Notes under the pieces: generated by a model
The model's input: only the letters and a program-made list of their open reading frames with translations
The model's database searches: none
Told to the model about the DNA's origin: nothing
Translations under genes and position numbers: made by a program
Part shown: one piece after another, positions 51,190 to 62,447 of the stretch
How the letters are laid out: every line of letters begins with the position of its first letter
How positions within the stretch are numbered: the first letter of the stretch is position 1
NCBI RefSeq assembly: GCF_018977255.1
Contig: NW_024704743.1
Coordinates: 15,812,001-15,876,000 of the forward strand
From: Callorhinchus milii
Taxonomy: Eukaryota
Direction of reading: 5' to 3'
DNA: 64,000 bases

Positions 51190-51390
51190 TGCAAACTCCT
51201 AAGCTGCCTGGCCCCTCTTCATCACCCTGCAAAATGTCTGCTCTCTCTCCAATAAAGCCCTCACCGTCCTCAACCTCATTGTCGACGAAAATGTTGACAT
51301 CCTCGCCCTCACCAAAATCTGGATCACCCCAGGTGACACTTTTCCCCCTCACTGGTTACACCTTCCATCATACCCCACGATCCACACTCC
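51190..51390 (+). mobile_element. L2 ORF2 N-terminal (AP-endonuclease) fragment
   Basis: From 51227: LQNVCSLSNKALTVLNLIVDENVDILALTKIWITPGD, matching APE domains I-II (QNVRSL...D.LALTETW). Confidence 0.7.
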
Positions 51391-51639
51391 AGCTGAAAAG
51401 ACAGACGAGAGCTCGGTTTATGCACTCACCCAAAGGGCAGCACTGCCAATAATGCAGGGCTCCACAGCACTAGCTCAAATCCCATTGTATTACGAGGTGT
51501 GCACACACCCACTAGCAATTAGGGTGAAACCAAACATATAGCACTTAAGAGTTTTGTGCCTGGTTGCAGCTACAGGTGACTTGATATTGGTTAAACCCCT
51601 CAGAGTCTTAGATTCCTGCCCTTACTTTCTTTCTTACAG

Positions 51640-51815
51640 CGGTCTTGGCAGCCTGGCTCCAGCACAAATGATACTCGTATTCTACAATTCACTCTACACT
51701 ATATTGGGTTATTCATGGTGAATCCCTTCAAACCATGGCCATTAATTTAATCTCATCAGTCTGAGCTGAATTTGAATGCAGATCCTTGAAGTGAAAGGGC
51801 AGTCAGCTGATCCAC
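51640..51815 (-). mobile_element. Ancient SINE head, LF-SINE-like
   Basis: Minus strand tgccctttcacttcaaggatctgcattcaaattcagctcagactgatgag resembles the LF-SINE 5' region as I recall it. Confidence 0.35.
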
Positions 51816-52414
51816 AGCTTTGGTCATCTAGTAATCCATAGGTTTAGTAGATTTATTGCTTCTAACTAAATTTCTAGACTGATAATAAGTTTGTATTTGT
51901 AATGTCATCTTGTCAAGGTTGAGTCCTATATAAAAAAATTGGTTAACTCGCAGAATCATTGTAGAATGATGCTCTGGCTGTAAATATTACTTTTCCTAGT
52001 TCCTATACTTTGTAATATCACACTCAGAAATGACTTCCAGGGTATTCAAGGTTCGGTAAACACTTGTCATTTTGCTTTCAGGACATTTCATTGCCAAGGA
52101 AAGGCCTGAAAAATCAAACTTTTAGCTAAATGTCCTTTATTGGCCGTTGAGAACACAATTTTCCCCTCCCCTTTTAAAGCACATTTGGTGACAAATCCTA
52201 CTATTTTAGTTGCAAATCTGAAGGCACCATTTATGCAGCAACTTACAGTTTTAATTCAAGTCTTTATTCTTGAATTAAATCTTACTGTCAAATTGCTGAT
52301 CAGGCCACTGTTCCAAATGCTGAGATTTTAAAAAGTCTTCGGGGATTATTGATCTGCAGATACAATATTTGCTCGGAATCCCCATTCTCAGCATACACCA
52401 CACCTATCTTGTTA

Positions 52415-52480
52415 TCATTTTCCTCTCTCCATAGATGCTGCCTGACTTGCTGCGTGTTCCCAGCATCTTCTGTTTTATTT
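52415..52480 (+). mobile_element. Penelope-type terminal-repeat fragment
   Basis: ctctccatagatgctgcctgacttgctgcgtgttcccagcatcttctgtttt; second copy at 55780-55895. Confidence 0.6.
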
Positions 52481-53007
52481 CATGTTATCATGTTGCACAT
52501 CAAACAATTTCAGTTACCCACACTGTCTGCAATATGCTTTAAATGGCCCAGCCAAGCTACTCCAAAAAAGTATGAGGATCTGCTTGAATTAACATTGTTG
52601 ATCCAATGTTTGTAAAAAGAAGACTTGATCAGCAATTAGTGGAGAAAGGGTTTGCAAAAAAATCTTTAAAAGACATGGATTATAATATTTAAGGTCATTT
52701 GGAGCATTTAACAACACATGTCTCTAGATCAAACTATGGTTACAGAAGGTCTCAATCTTTAAGTGATCTGTCACAATACTAGCTGGACTGGATTCTATTT
52801 TAGGAGCTCTAATCCATGCAGTAGAATGGCATTTGAAAATACTGTACTTTCTGAAACAGCCAGCTATGATTAGCGAACCAAAATGGGGATTCTGAAACCA
52901 TATATAAAAATAATTACACACAAAGAGGAACCTTTTTAAACTGCAGTTAAAAAGGATTCAGAAAGTATAATAGCTATAATAAAGCTATAATTTAGCAGTG
53001 CATCACC

Positions 53008-53320
53008 AATAATAATAATCCTTGCATTTGATATAGCGCTTTTCACATCTTCTAGACTTCTCAAAGCGCTTTACAGAATATACTGTAAAGTGAATTGACT
53101 GTATATCCATGGGCGAAATGCGGCAGCCAATTGCGCACAGCAGTGTCCTGCAAACAGTCGTAGATTGAGTGACCAAATTATTATTGTTTTTTTTGAAGGA
53201 TTATTATCCCAGGAAAAGCAATCCGCCAATTGACTAACTATCGGTTTCCTACTTACTGCTAGGTAAAGAGGCGTCTGGAGTAAGGAAATTTGCCCAACAT
53301 TTCACCCTGCCGGGAATAGA
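53008..53320 (-). mobile_element. tRNA-derived SINE, long subfamily (head truncated)
   Basis: Reverse-complement body and tail. Confidence 0.88.
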
Positions 53321-53639
53321 TGTATCAAACATTCAGAAAGCTAAGTAGTTGTTAAGGATGACAAGACAAGAGATCAAAAGAAAAAATAATCCTAAATGTG
53401 TTAGCGTCATGAGTTAAAATATATATTGTTACTATGCTGAGTTGCAACTTATTGGACAATTTTTCTCCTCCCATGCAGGATGCACTACCACTGTAGGGAA
53501 GTTCAGTATGAACAACTCTGATTTAGGGTACAAAAGTGGTAAACTGCTCTGCTTGTAAAACTAATCTTTCAAATTCATTTAACAGTATGTCCAGCAATAC
53601 ATGTTTTAACTCTTTGTCTTCTCATCTTATACTAGGACA

Positions 53640-53880
53640 AACTCCTTTCTGTTTTCAAATAGTGGATTGCATAATTAAGGTCCACCTGAACAGACCTTGG
53701 TTTAACATCTCATCCGAAGGTTGGCACCTCCAACAATGCAAAACATTCCCAGCAGTGCATTGGGGTCTAAGCAGTGCATCTAGCTTAGACCATTTGAGTT
53801 CAAGTCCTGACATGGGATTTGAACCCTCAACCTTTTGACTCAGAGGATGCTACCATCTGAGCCAAGCTGACTACCACTGA
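53640..53880 (-). mobile_element. Deu-domain SINE 5' part
   Basis: ggtccacctgaacagac...catctcatccgaagg.tggcacctccaacaatgca and head. Confidence 0.75.
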
Positions 53881-54215
53881 GACAAGCTATTTTTAAAATA
53901 AATGCATCTTATGCAACCTACAGATGTTTTTTCGGAAAATGTTTCATGCCACAAGGAATATTGGATAGCAGGTTACTTTGCAATGGAATTGATGGCCAAT
54001 TCCTGCCAGCTGTTAGGGAGGAAGAGGAAGAGAAGAATTCCACTCTGAATATATAGACAGGTTTTCAACATTGGTCCTACTGAGAACTCAGGTTCATCAC
54101 CACTGCATCAGCATAGACTTTCATCCATAGAGTTTCATCCTTCGCTTGGGTTGAACTTCTGGAGAGAAGCTATAATTTTAAGGCCAAATATATGTATGGT
54201 ATTTGGGGTGTAGGG

Positions 54216-54465
54216 AGGGTGACCATACATTTCTGAGGACAGTCTCCGGATGAAATATTGTGTCTCTGGGGCCAAATTTGCCCTCTGTTGAGTGGAGCAA
54301 CACATTGAGCAAGAACGATAACCTTTCAAAACAGATCCACTCATCAGAGAAATAAAGCCATTCCATCCAACAAGCTTCTCCAATACTGGCAGCATCAGGA
54401 TTTGTGGTAAGTTCAATTCTTGTTATGTGTGTCATCAGATGTGGTTTACAAAATATGGTCAGCCT
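54216..54465. mobile_element. hAT-type MITE
   Basis: TIRs AGGGTGACCATA / TATGGTCAGCCT (11/12); weak 8-bp TSD. Confidence 0.5.
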
Positions 54466-55779
54466 TGTATAAAGACCAGTAGATCTATGCCTTTAGTATT
54501 TTCCTTTCTATGGCATTGCAAAGTGAAACTCTGTGGGTTTGAAGCCAATGCTGATTATTGACGAGTTATGAGTTACATGAAGCAACAGCATTTCACAAAA
54601 GAAAAACATATTTTCCACGAGAGACATTTTTTCCCTAAATGAGCAACAGCTGAACAATTTAGGGCTAAAACTTTTCCACTGCTATTATTTGTTTTAAATT
54701 TATGTCTTACATGCATCGTTTTCCCAATGTTTTTAATTTAGCATATCGAATTCTCATAAGACGAACACAAAAATAGCTGTGTTTACCTTTCATTGACTCA
54801 GAATTATAATAGCCAACTTAATCTTAAACTTACAACATGGAGAAAAGTCAAATGAATACAACTAGTTGTTCTGTTGGAGCTGAGAAACTACATTCCACAT
54901 ACTGTTCATGAGGATGAGTGACAATTTATATTAAACTGCTTATTAACACTGCAGCTGAAGTGGAATACTAGGGCAGATGCTACATTAGACTTAATGTTTA
55001 GCAGTCCATCCATTGGATGGCATTAGCAACCTGGAAGTGGGGAATGCTTGGGTTCCAGTGTTGATTGTACAGTTATATTTGATACTGTAACCAAAGATTC
55101 AGCCCAAAATTAACAACACATGTGAGCTAGGGTTCAGAGAGTTAACTTTTAGGCCTATGGGCTGGGCTCTAGATAGGGTCAAGTGGGAGGTGGCATTAGT
55201 AGACAATAGAAGAAAAATGCTAATCCAAAAGGTTATTTTAGGAGATTTGAATAGAATAGAGCAAAAATCAATATTGGGATTGGAGTGCTTGAAAGACGAG
55301 GTCAAAATAGACAAAAGGCTGTGAAGAATTATTTGTAAGATCTAAGGATTCAGAAAGTAATGAGAACTGAGAGACATACAAAAGTCAGCGGAGCATAACT
55401 AAATCATTTTTTAGATGTGTACGAAATAGGTGGAGTGTCAAAGACCACATATGCTTCTTAGTGGAAATATTGGGTAGAAATATTATACAGGCACAGGAAA
55501 TGGCAGATGTGTTAAATTAATTCTTCACATCCGTTATTCCAAATGATCAACAAAGGCAAATTCCACATTCAAAGCAGTGTGGGAATTTATAACACATTTA
55601 AAGATCGGTTAACACATATTAAAGAGTAATGAAGGTGGTGAGATTCTTCTTATCCTAAACTGCATTTAATAAGATACCACATAAGAGACCTGCGACACAT
55701 GGAAATAAGTGGTCAAATCGAAAGAAAGAAAACAAACAGTTGGAGTTTCTCAGGGATATGTAGTGAGTGTATTGTAGTC

Positions 55780-55895
55780 AGCCAAAATGTTGTCTCACTT
55801 TCCTTTCTCCATAGATGCTGCCTGACCTGCTGAGTTTCCCCAGCTCTCTCTGTTTTTGTTTCAGATTTCCAGCATCTGCAGTATTTTGTGTTTTG
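55780..55895 (+). mobile_element. Penelope-type terminal-repeat fragment
   Basis: ctccatagatgctgcctgacctgctgagtttccccagc...tcagatttccagcatctgcagtatttt. Confidence 0.65.
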
Positions 55896-56469
55896 TATTG
55901 TAGTGAGTGTTGGGGGCTGCTCTTTTTACTCTATATTGTGTATATATATATATATATTAATGTATTTACCTGATGTGGATTTAAAAATTGATCTGAAGTA
56001 ACACCAATTTGGGGGGCATGGCAAATTTTAATGAGGACTGTGAAAAACTGTAGAAAGACATTGATAATAATAATAATCCTTACCTTTGATATAGCGCCTT
56101 ATCACTCTGTCAAAATGTCTCAAAGTGCTTCACGGAATTTTACTGTGATGTTACTTGTATATTGTTATAGGGCGGGCAAACACAGCTCAACTTAAAAAGG
56201 TAGTACATTTTGAAAGGAAGAATTGGGAACAAAGGACACCATTAAGTATTAATACTAATCCTTCAATTTAAAATAGCACCATATTTCACCGTTGAAACAT
56301 CTCAAAGCGCTTCACAGAATACAGTATATGGCTGAAATTAAGTGGAGTAGACTATTGGGATCTTGCCGTGTGGATACACAGATCATTAAATATGGACGTA
56401 GAGGTAGAAAATAATATACAAATCGCAAAATGAATCTATAGGTTTACGTCTAGAGGCAAAGAGTAATGG

Positions 56470-56862
56470 TCTCATTACTCCTCCAGGGTAGGGGGCAGGG
56501 ATTCTTCCCACTCAGCTTCTGCTAACCCTGCAAGATAAACCCCTAACCGGGTGCGTGGTCCTAGCTGGACAAGCAACAGTGCTTTCAATGGCAAGTGACT
56601 GTATACGGTTTTAGCTGGTTAAACTTTAGCAGAACCACAACACACACTCTAGGGTCCTACGCTTTTGTCAACCTACACCTATAATCTCTGGAATTTGGTA
56701 AGCAATGCATGCTCCTCCAGGGAGAGTGCACATTCCACTCCAGATACAGTGACACTTTCATGTGGGCAGCATACGTAGGTGGAACTCAGCCGTATTTGGA
56801 TACTCTTAAGCATGGTGATGGGTTTCCAGGTGTGTTAGGTACCCGATTGACCCAAAGAAGGA
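56470..56862 (+). repeat. Unclassified structured repeat X, copy 4 (longest 5' extent)
   Basis: Inserted into the CR1; possible TSD agtaatg. Confidence 0.8.
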
Positions 56863-57214
56863 AGAAAGTAATGTTTAAAAGCAGGTAGCCTAAAAAATAT
56901 AAGGTGTATTGTGTAAAGTTTGGGCAACCCACTACAGGAAGGATATAACAGCAATTGAAACAATGTAAAATTCATTAACATGTTACCAGGGAAGAGGTTA
57001 CAGTTTCAAAGAGAATTGAGAAGCTAGGGTTATCTCATTGGAGCTAAGAAGATTAAGGGGTGACATGGTAAGAATGTTTGAGACACTGAGGGGTTATGAC
57101 AAGGGAAATAGGAATAAATTATTTTCACTGGTTAATGAGTGAGTATGTGGATGATACATATTCAAGGCAATTACAAAAATAATTAAAGGTAGGTGAGAAA
57201 AAAATGTCTTTCCG

Positions 57215-57366
57215 TTTTTTTTTCGTCAGCAGGGTATCTGACACATGCAGAAATCCATCGCCATGCTTAAGAGCATCCAAACCAAGCTGAAATTTCCATG
57301 TGTCCCACCTACACATGGAAATCTCAGAGATAGATTGTCGGAATGGAATGCACACTCTCTCTCTGG
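57215..57366 (-). repeat. Unclassified structured repeat X, copy 5 (3' 150 bp, A-tail)
   Basis: T9 run then gtcagcagggtatctgacacatgc...; inserted in the CR1, possible TSD gtctt. Confidence 0.82.
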
Positions 57367-57689
57367 TCTTTACATCGAAGGTGGAGTGAAATAATTTGCC
57401 ACAAACCGTGGCTGAAGCAGAGACCATCAATTCTTTTAAAAGGGAATTAGAATTGTCAAAAAGAATAAACAATATGGGGAGCGAGCACAAGATTAGACTG
57501 GGACTATGCTGCACGGCTCATTTGGTGAAATCCACCAGTGTAGATTTGATGGGTCGAATGGCTAGTTTCTGTACTGTACCATTCTATGACCTGAAGTGCT
57601 GTAATTTGAATGTTTATATTGGGATTCACTACACTTTGTGACAAATGCATATTTCATAGGAGAGGAGGGAATAGTCTGCCCCCATTGAT

Positions 57690-58255
57690 TCACCTCACAA
57701 GTGAGATTGGGTTTGATTCCCAACAAGGTGAAACGGTGGGCAAATTTCCTTACTCCACACGCCACTATTTACCTAGCAGTAAGTAGAAATCTGGGTGTTA
57801 TTCGATTGGCGGATCACTTTTCCGGGGGTAATAATTCCTTAAAAATAAATAAAAATAATTTGCTGGACATAAAATAGGTTCTGAATTGTCTATGGGTCAT
57901 GTAGATCAGATGAGATAATAATAATCCTTGCATTTAATATAGCGCCTTATCACGTCGTTAAGATGTGTCAAAGCGCTTCACAGAATATACTGTAAAGTGG
58001 AACAGCCAATTGCACACAGCAGTGTCCCAAAAGCAGTCATCGATTGAGTGACCAAACTTTTTTTTAAGGCATTATTACCTTCAGAAATTATTACCCGCAT
58101 CCGCCAATCGACTAATAACTGGGTTCCTACTTACTGCTAGGTAAACAGAGGCATGTGGAGTAAGGCAACTTGCCCAACGTTTTGCCCTGTTGGGAATTGA
58201 ATCCGGGTCCTCTCGCTTGCGAGGCGAATGCTCTAACCAATATGCTACAGAACGC
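57690..58255. mobile_element. Two long-subfamily SINEs tail to tail (57690-57860 +, 57915-58255 -)
   Basis: Both match the SINE head and central block. Confidence 0.85.
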
Positions 58256-58598
58256 CATCTTAGATTACATCAGGAAATGAAAGAGGAAACGTGTAAGGCT
58301 TATTAAATACTTTTAGAAATTCCAAAAAATCCTAGCTGTACGCAAGGACTGGGCGATGGTGAATGGAGTATTGAAAGAAGAGGCCACACAAATCAGGAAT
58401 TATAAACCAGTTTGTCCAACTTCAGTAATGGAAAAATGCTCACGAGCATTATAGGAAATGCTATCATCACTCATCTCAAGAAAATATAAGACTCAAGGGG
58501 AAATCAGCATGGTTTAAGAAGGTTGCAGCTCATAAATCTACTGGATTTCTTTCAGGCAAATAACCTTGTGGATGTGGGCTATCCAATGGTATAATATA

Positions 58599-58710
58599 CG
58601 GGGTGACCAAAAAATCATGGCATCTACCCTACTATCTAAAAAAATCATAATTTCTTTAAGACTTATTCTTATTAGACGTTGTAATGGTATCACGACTTTT
58701 AGTCATCCTG
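58599..58710. mobile_element. Tc1/mariner-type MITE (112 bp) with TA target duplication
   Basis: TA|CGGGGTGACCAAAAAATCATG ... CACGACTTTTAGTCATCCTG|TA, splitting a CR1 VDV.YLDF.. remnant. Confidence 0.65.
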
Positions 58711-59230
58711 TACTTGGAGCTTTCAGCAGCCGTTTGATGAAATTTGAATCCGAGTCTTTCAAAGAATATATAAAGGTACTTGGGATGAATGCCAAATTGA
58801 CAAATCGAAATGACTAGACCATAGGAAGCAAGCGATCGTGATAAATGGATAAAACATTCACTCTTGCCTCTGGGTCAGAATGTTGGAGGTTCGAGCCTCA
58901 TGAGAGGACTACTACTCCTAATCTAGGTTGACTAGTGCAGGTCTTAGAATTCACTGCATTGTTGGAGTGCAGTCAAACTGAGGTTCCCGATGCATTCGTT
59001 TTAGGAACAGCGAGGAACTCCTCCATTTTTCAGACCAATATTGCTCTCTTGTCCAAATTCATCTCATTGTGGTTTGTAGAATGTTTCTAGTCCAGTTGTG
59101 CTGCTGCTGCTCCCTATATAACCTGCCAATAAACCTCAAAATAAACTCTTTGTGAAAGGAAGTTGGATAAGTGTATCTGTTCAGGTGGACGTTAAAGATC
59201 CTGTGAAACTTTTCGAAACTAGTTCCCTGG

Positions 59231-59472
59231 CCCAATGCACACTCTGGGGTCCTCAAGCTTTGGATCTTGCCTACCTATGCCTAATACTCTCAGGAATTAG
59301 GTAATTAGCAGGATGTGTCCCTCCAGGGAGAGAGAGCGCATTCCATTCCAACAAATATCTCTAGAATTTCTATGTATAGGTGGGTTGCATGGAATTCTCA
59401 GTTTGGTTTGGATACTCTTAAGCGTGGTGATGCTTTACGGTATGTGTCACACGCCCGTCTGACCAAAATAAA
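59231..59472 (+). repeat. Unclassified structured repeat X, copy 6 (3' half)
   Basis: actctggggtcctcaagc...tatgtgtcacacgcccgtctgaccaaaataaa. Confidence 0.82.
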
Positions 59473-61009
59473 TCTCTCTCCTCTTACCACCCCCCCACTA
59501 CCCCACGCACAGATGGAAAAATATGTTAAACGTTAACCCCAATTTTTTTCACTTGTTTGATTTTTGAAAGAAAAATAGATCTTGATGTCTAGACTCCTTT
59601 TTTGTGGACCTGGGAGATAATCAGGACCAGACACGGTTCGTAATTTATATAATCTGGAATGGCCGTGGCTTCTGCCCACCACATCCTCTTAAGGTGATTT
59701 CAAGAGAAACAAACGAAAAAGGCCGATTCAAAGGAAAATATGCAGTGGTGAATCTGAAAAAAATGGTAAAATCTACTGGTTCAGCAGATTAATTATTTAA
59801 TTATTTGTCTCTGTAAACTCCACCCCCCCCCGCCCCCCCCCCCGCAAATAAAATGTGAGGAACCTCAATAGCTTCTCTGTGTTAATTCGTCTTTCCACAA
59901 ATTAATTTTAGGAATGGCCTGTTTCTATTGCCCACCAGAGCAGGGGGTGGGAGGAGTGTGGAGATCGTAGCTGGGAGGTGCCCATGGTGCTGCTCGTTTT
60001 CCTTTAATAAGCCTCCAAGCTGGAGTTAATACCTTTGGGCTCAGCTACTAGGCAGCTATGAAGGTCACTTAGTAATAAAACAAGCCTCGATTGGCCAGGC
60101 CTCCGAGGTTTCTGACTTGCGCAGATTTTTTTTAATTGATAGGTTGAGGCTTAACCCCCACAGTAAATAAAAGACATGTCTATTAATCTTTGCAAAAGAG
60201 TAAAACATGATAGGATTGTAAACGATAACATACTGTACTTGTCGTATATTTTATCTGGGGAGCTATAATCAGTTTAACACAGTCCATTTATCCCAAGTGT
60301 AGATCAGATATCCATGGTTGCTTTTATTGGCAAAGGGCCTGTCCGTATTGAGACTGTCTCACACAGATCCGGTTTAAGCAGCGTCCTTCAATATTTAAAT
60401 CTGTCTTTAGGCCAATGAAATACGAAAGGTGTTGAGAATACTTTTATTTATACAGCAGAACAACAGGGACCGGATTCCACATTGTCTCCCGCTGCTTTTC
60501 TTTGCTAGCAATGCAGCAAAATGATCCCCTCCCGAGCCCGCTCGGTTTGTTTTTAATAATACTTTGTACAATGTTTCAGGAAAACAATAGCATTGAAGTA
60601 AAACCGCAGGCACTGCCCGGAAAGGAATGCTGCAATCATGCAGGATATAACTGTTATAATGTTAACGACTTTTGAGTTCCCAAAAATATTTAAGAAGTCA
60701 AATTAGACAGTATAATAATAAGTTATAATAATTTAATTTGGGGTATTTCTTAATTGACATCCCTTTATAAGGAATAGATACAATATATACTGTATAAATT
60801 TACAGTATAAATTTTCAGTACAGAAGGCCATTCAGCCCATCACGCCTGTAGCATTGCTATCTGTTTCTATGTTGCCTTTTATTATTAATCGCACTTTCCA
60901 GCTCTTTCTCGATAGTGCTTAATGTTCTTACTGCTCATTGAGTTCTATCGAGTTCTCTTGTCAATGACTCTCGCAAAAAGAAGCCACACAGTCACTGCGC
61001 TTTACAGTA

Positions 61010-61350
61010 TATCCTGTGAAGCCCTAATTGGGATGTCCTTCCATCCAAGGGGTGGGGGTTAGTGGTGGTGGACAGGAGGTAGTATATAGAACAGTCAAAG
61101 AGATTTCTTTTCAGATGAGTATTGAAGGTAGAGAGGGAGGGCGGGAGGGAGGGAGGGAGGGAGAATGAGGTTGGGGGACTTCGGAAGCAAGTTCCAGCGA
61201 GTGGAGGCAAGGTGACCATATGCTCACCTGGTAGGGAGCAACAGGCAGGGAACAGGAAGTGGGGGAACAGGATCATAAAAGATCCCGAGGTAGAGTGGGC
61301 AAGGCTGTGGAGGCATTTGAAGGTAAGGATGATAATCCTTCATATAATCT
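61010..61350 (-). mobile_element. L2 3' fragment, decayed
   Basis: ttgaaggtaaggatgataatc and purine-rich L2 3' pattern. Confidence 0.55.
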
Positions 61351-62070
61351 ATTTGTCTTCACTTCCTGAGTCACCCACATACCAGTTTTTATTAAAAAAA
61401 ACACAGGATATTTTTCTTGAAAACATGCCTCTCGTACGTAAATACACCTGATTGGAATACCAAAGTACACTGACCTTTGGAAATATGTGTGCGGAAAACA
61501 AATAAAATGACAAGATGCAAGTTGTTTACATAGTGAAACTATGCATAACAAACCCGAAGGACAATTCCTTGCAGTAAGTTGACAATCCTCACATATTCAC
61601 TATAATACAGATAAACTGGTGAGAGATAACTGATTTTCAGAATTCAGCCGTTTAAGTACAGTGTATGGAAAGTACCATTACATAATGTTATGCACCAGCA
61701 ATGTAATTATCAGTCACACTGATACAGCATTGCTATCTTGTCAAATACTTTTCTAAAACATTATTTATCTGAATCATTGTTGGTACCATTGAGGACATGG
61801 CTAGTTTAAAAATGACACTGTGGATCAGGCTGCATTCTTAAGACAAATTGTATCCTCAATGACATGATCCACGCACTGTCTCTCACAAACTATTCAAATA
61901 AGGGCAGATTACTTGCAAGGACAATTTTTAATTTGTTGTTATACTGAATGCCAGCTATCACTTCACGCTAAGGTCAGTTATTCTTTTCTTGCTTTCACTT
62001 TTCCATTTGAATTGGCATTAGTGTTGAACTAATGTGGTAAACTAATTTAATTAGCGTTAAACACATTTGT

Positions 62071-62447
62071 GGAGTCCTGTAACGTATTGGATAGAGCACT
62101 CGCCTCGCAAGCGAGAGGACCTAGGTTCGATTCCCAGGCAGGGTGTGACAATGGGCAAGTTTCCTTACTCCACACGCCTCTGTTCACCTAGCAGTAAGTA
62201 GGAAACCGGTTGTTAGTCGATTGGCGGATCGCTTTTTTGAGGGTAATAATCCCTTAAAAAAAATAATAATTTGGTCACTCAATCCACGAATGTTTACGGG
62301 ACGCTGCTGTGCACAATTGGCTGTCGCGTTTCGCCCACGAAATATACAGTCAATTCACTTTACAGTATATTCTGTGAAGCGCTTTGAGACGTCTCGAAGA
62401 TGTGATACGATGCTATATCAAATGCAAGAATTATTATTATTATTATT
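62071..62447 (+). mobile_element. tRNA-derived SINE, long subfamily, full length
   Basis: Head, central block and (TTA)n tail. Confidence 0.92.

Larger units (their letters stand above)
55330..57590 (+). mobile_element. Old fragmented CR1 carrying many younger insertions
   Basis: Collinear CR1 remnants (EMADVLN.FF.SV, DLAVWIH, YCV.FG.P, WN.LPQTVAEAETINSFKRELE, 3' UTR gggtcgaatggc) interrupted by Penelope, (TA)n, SINE tails and two repeat-X copies. Confidence 0.7.

Noticed and set aside
56515..56550. Telomerase RNA template (ctaaccct)
   Set aside because: No vertebrate TR pseudoknot or H/ACA features; the motif is part of multi-copy repeat X.
48553..62447. Circular RNA from the penultimate exon via flanking SINEs
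   Set aside because: The nearest flanking SINEs are in the same orientation and the exon is only 64 nt; there is no direct support.
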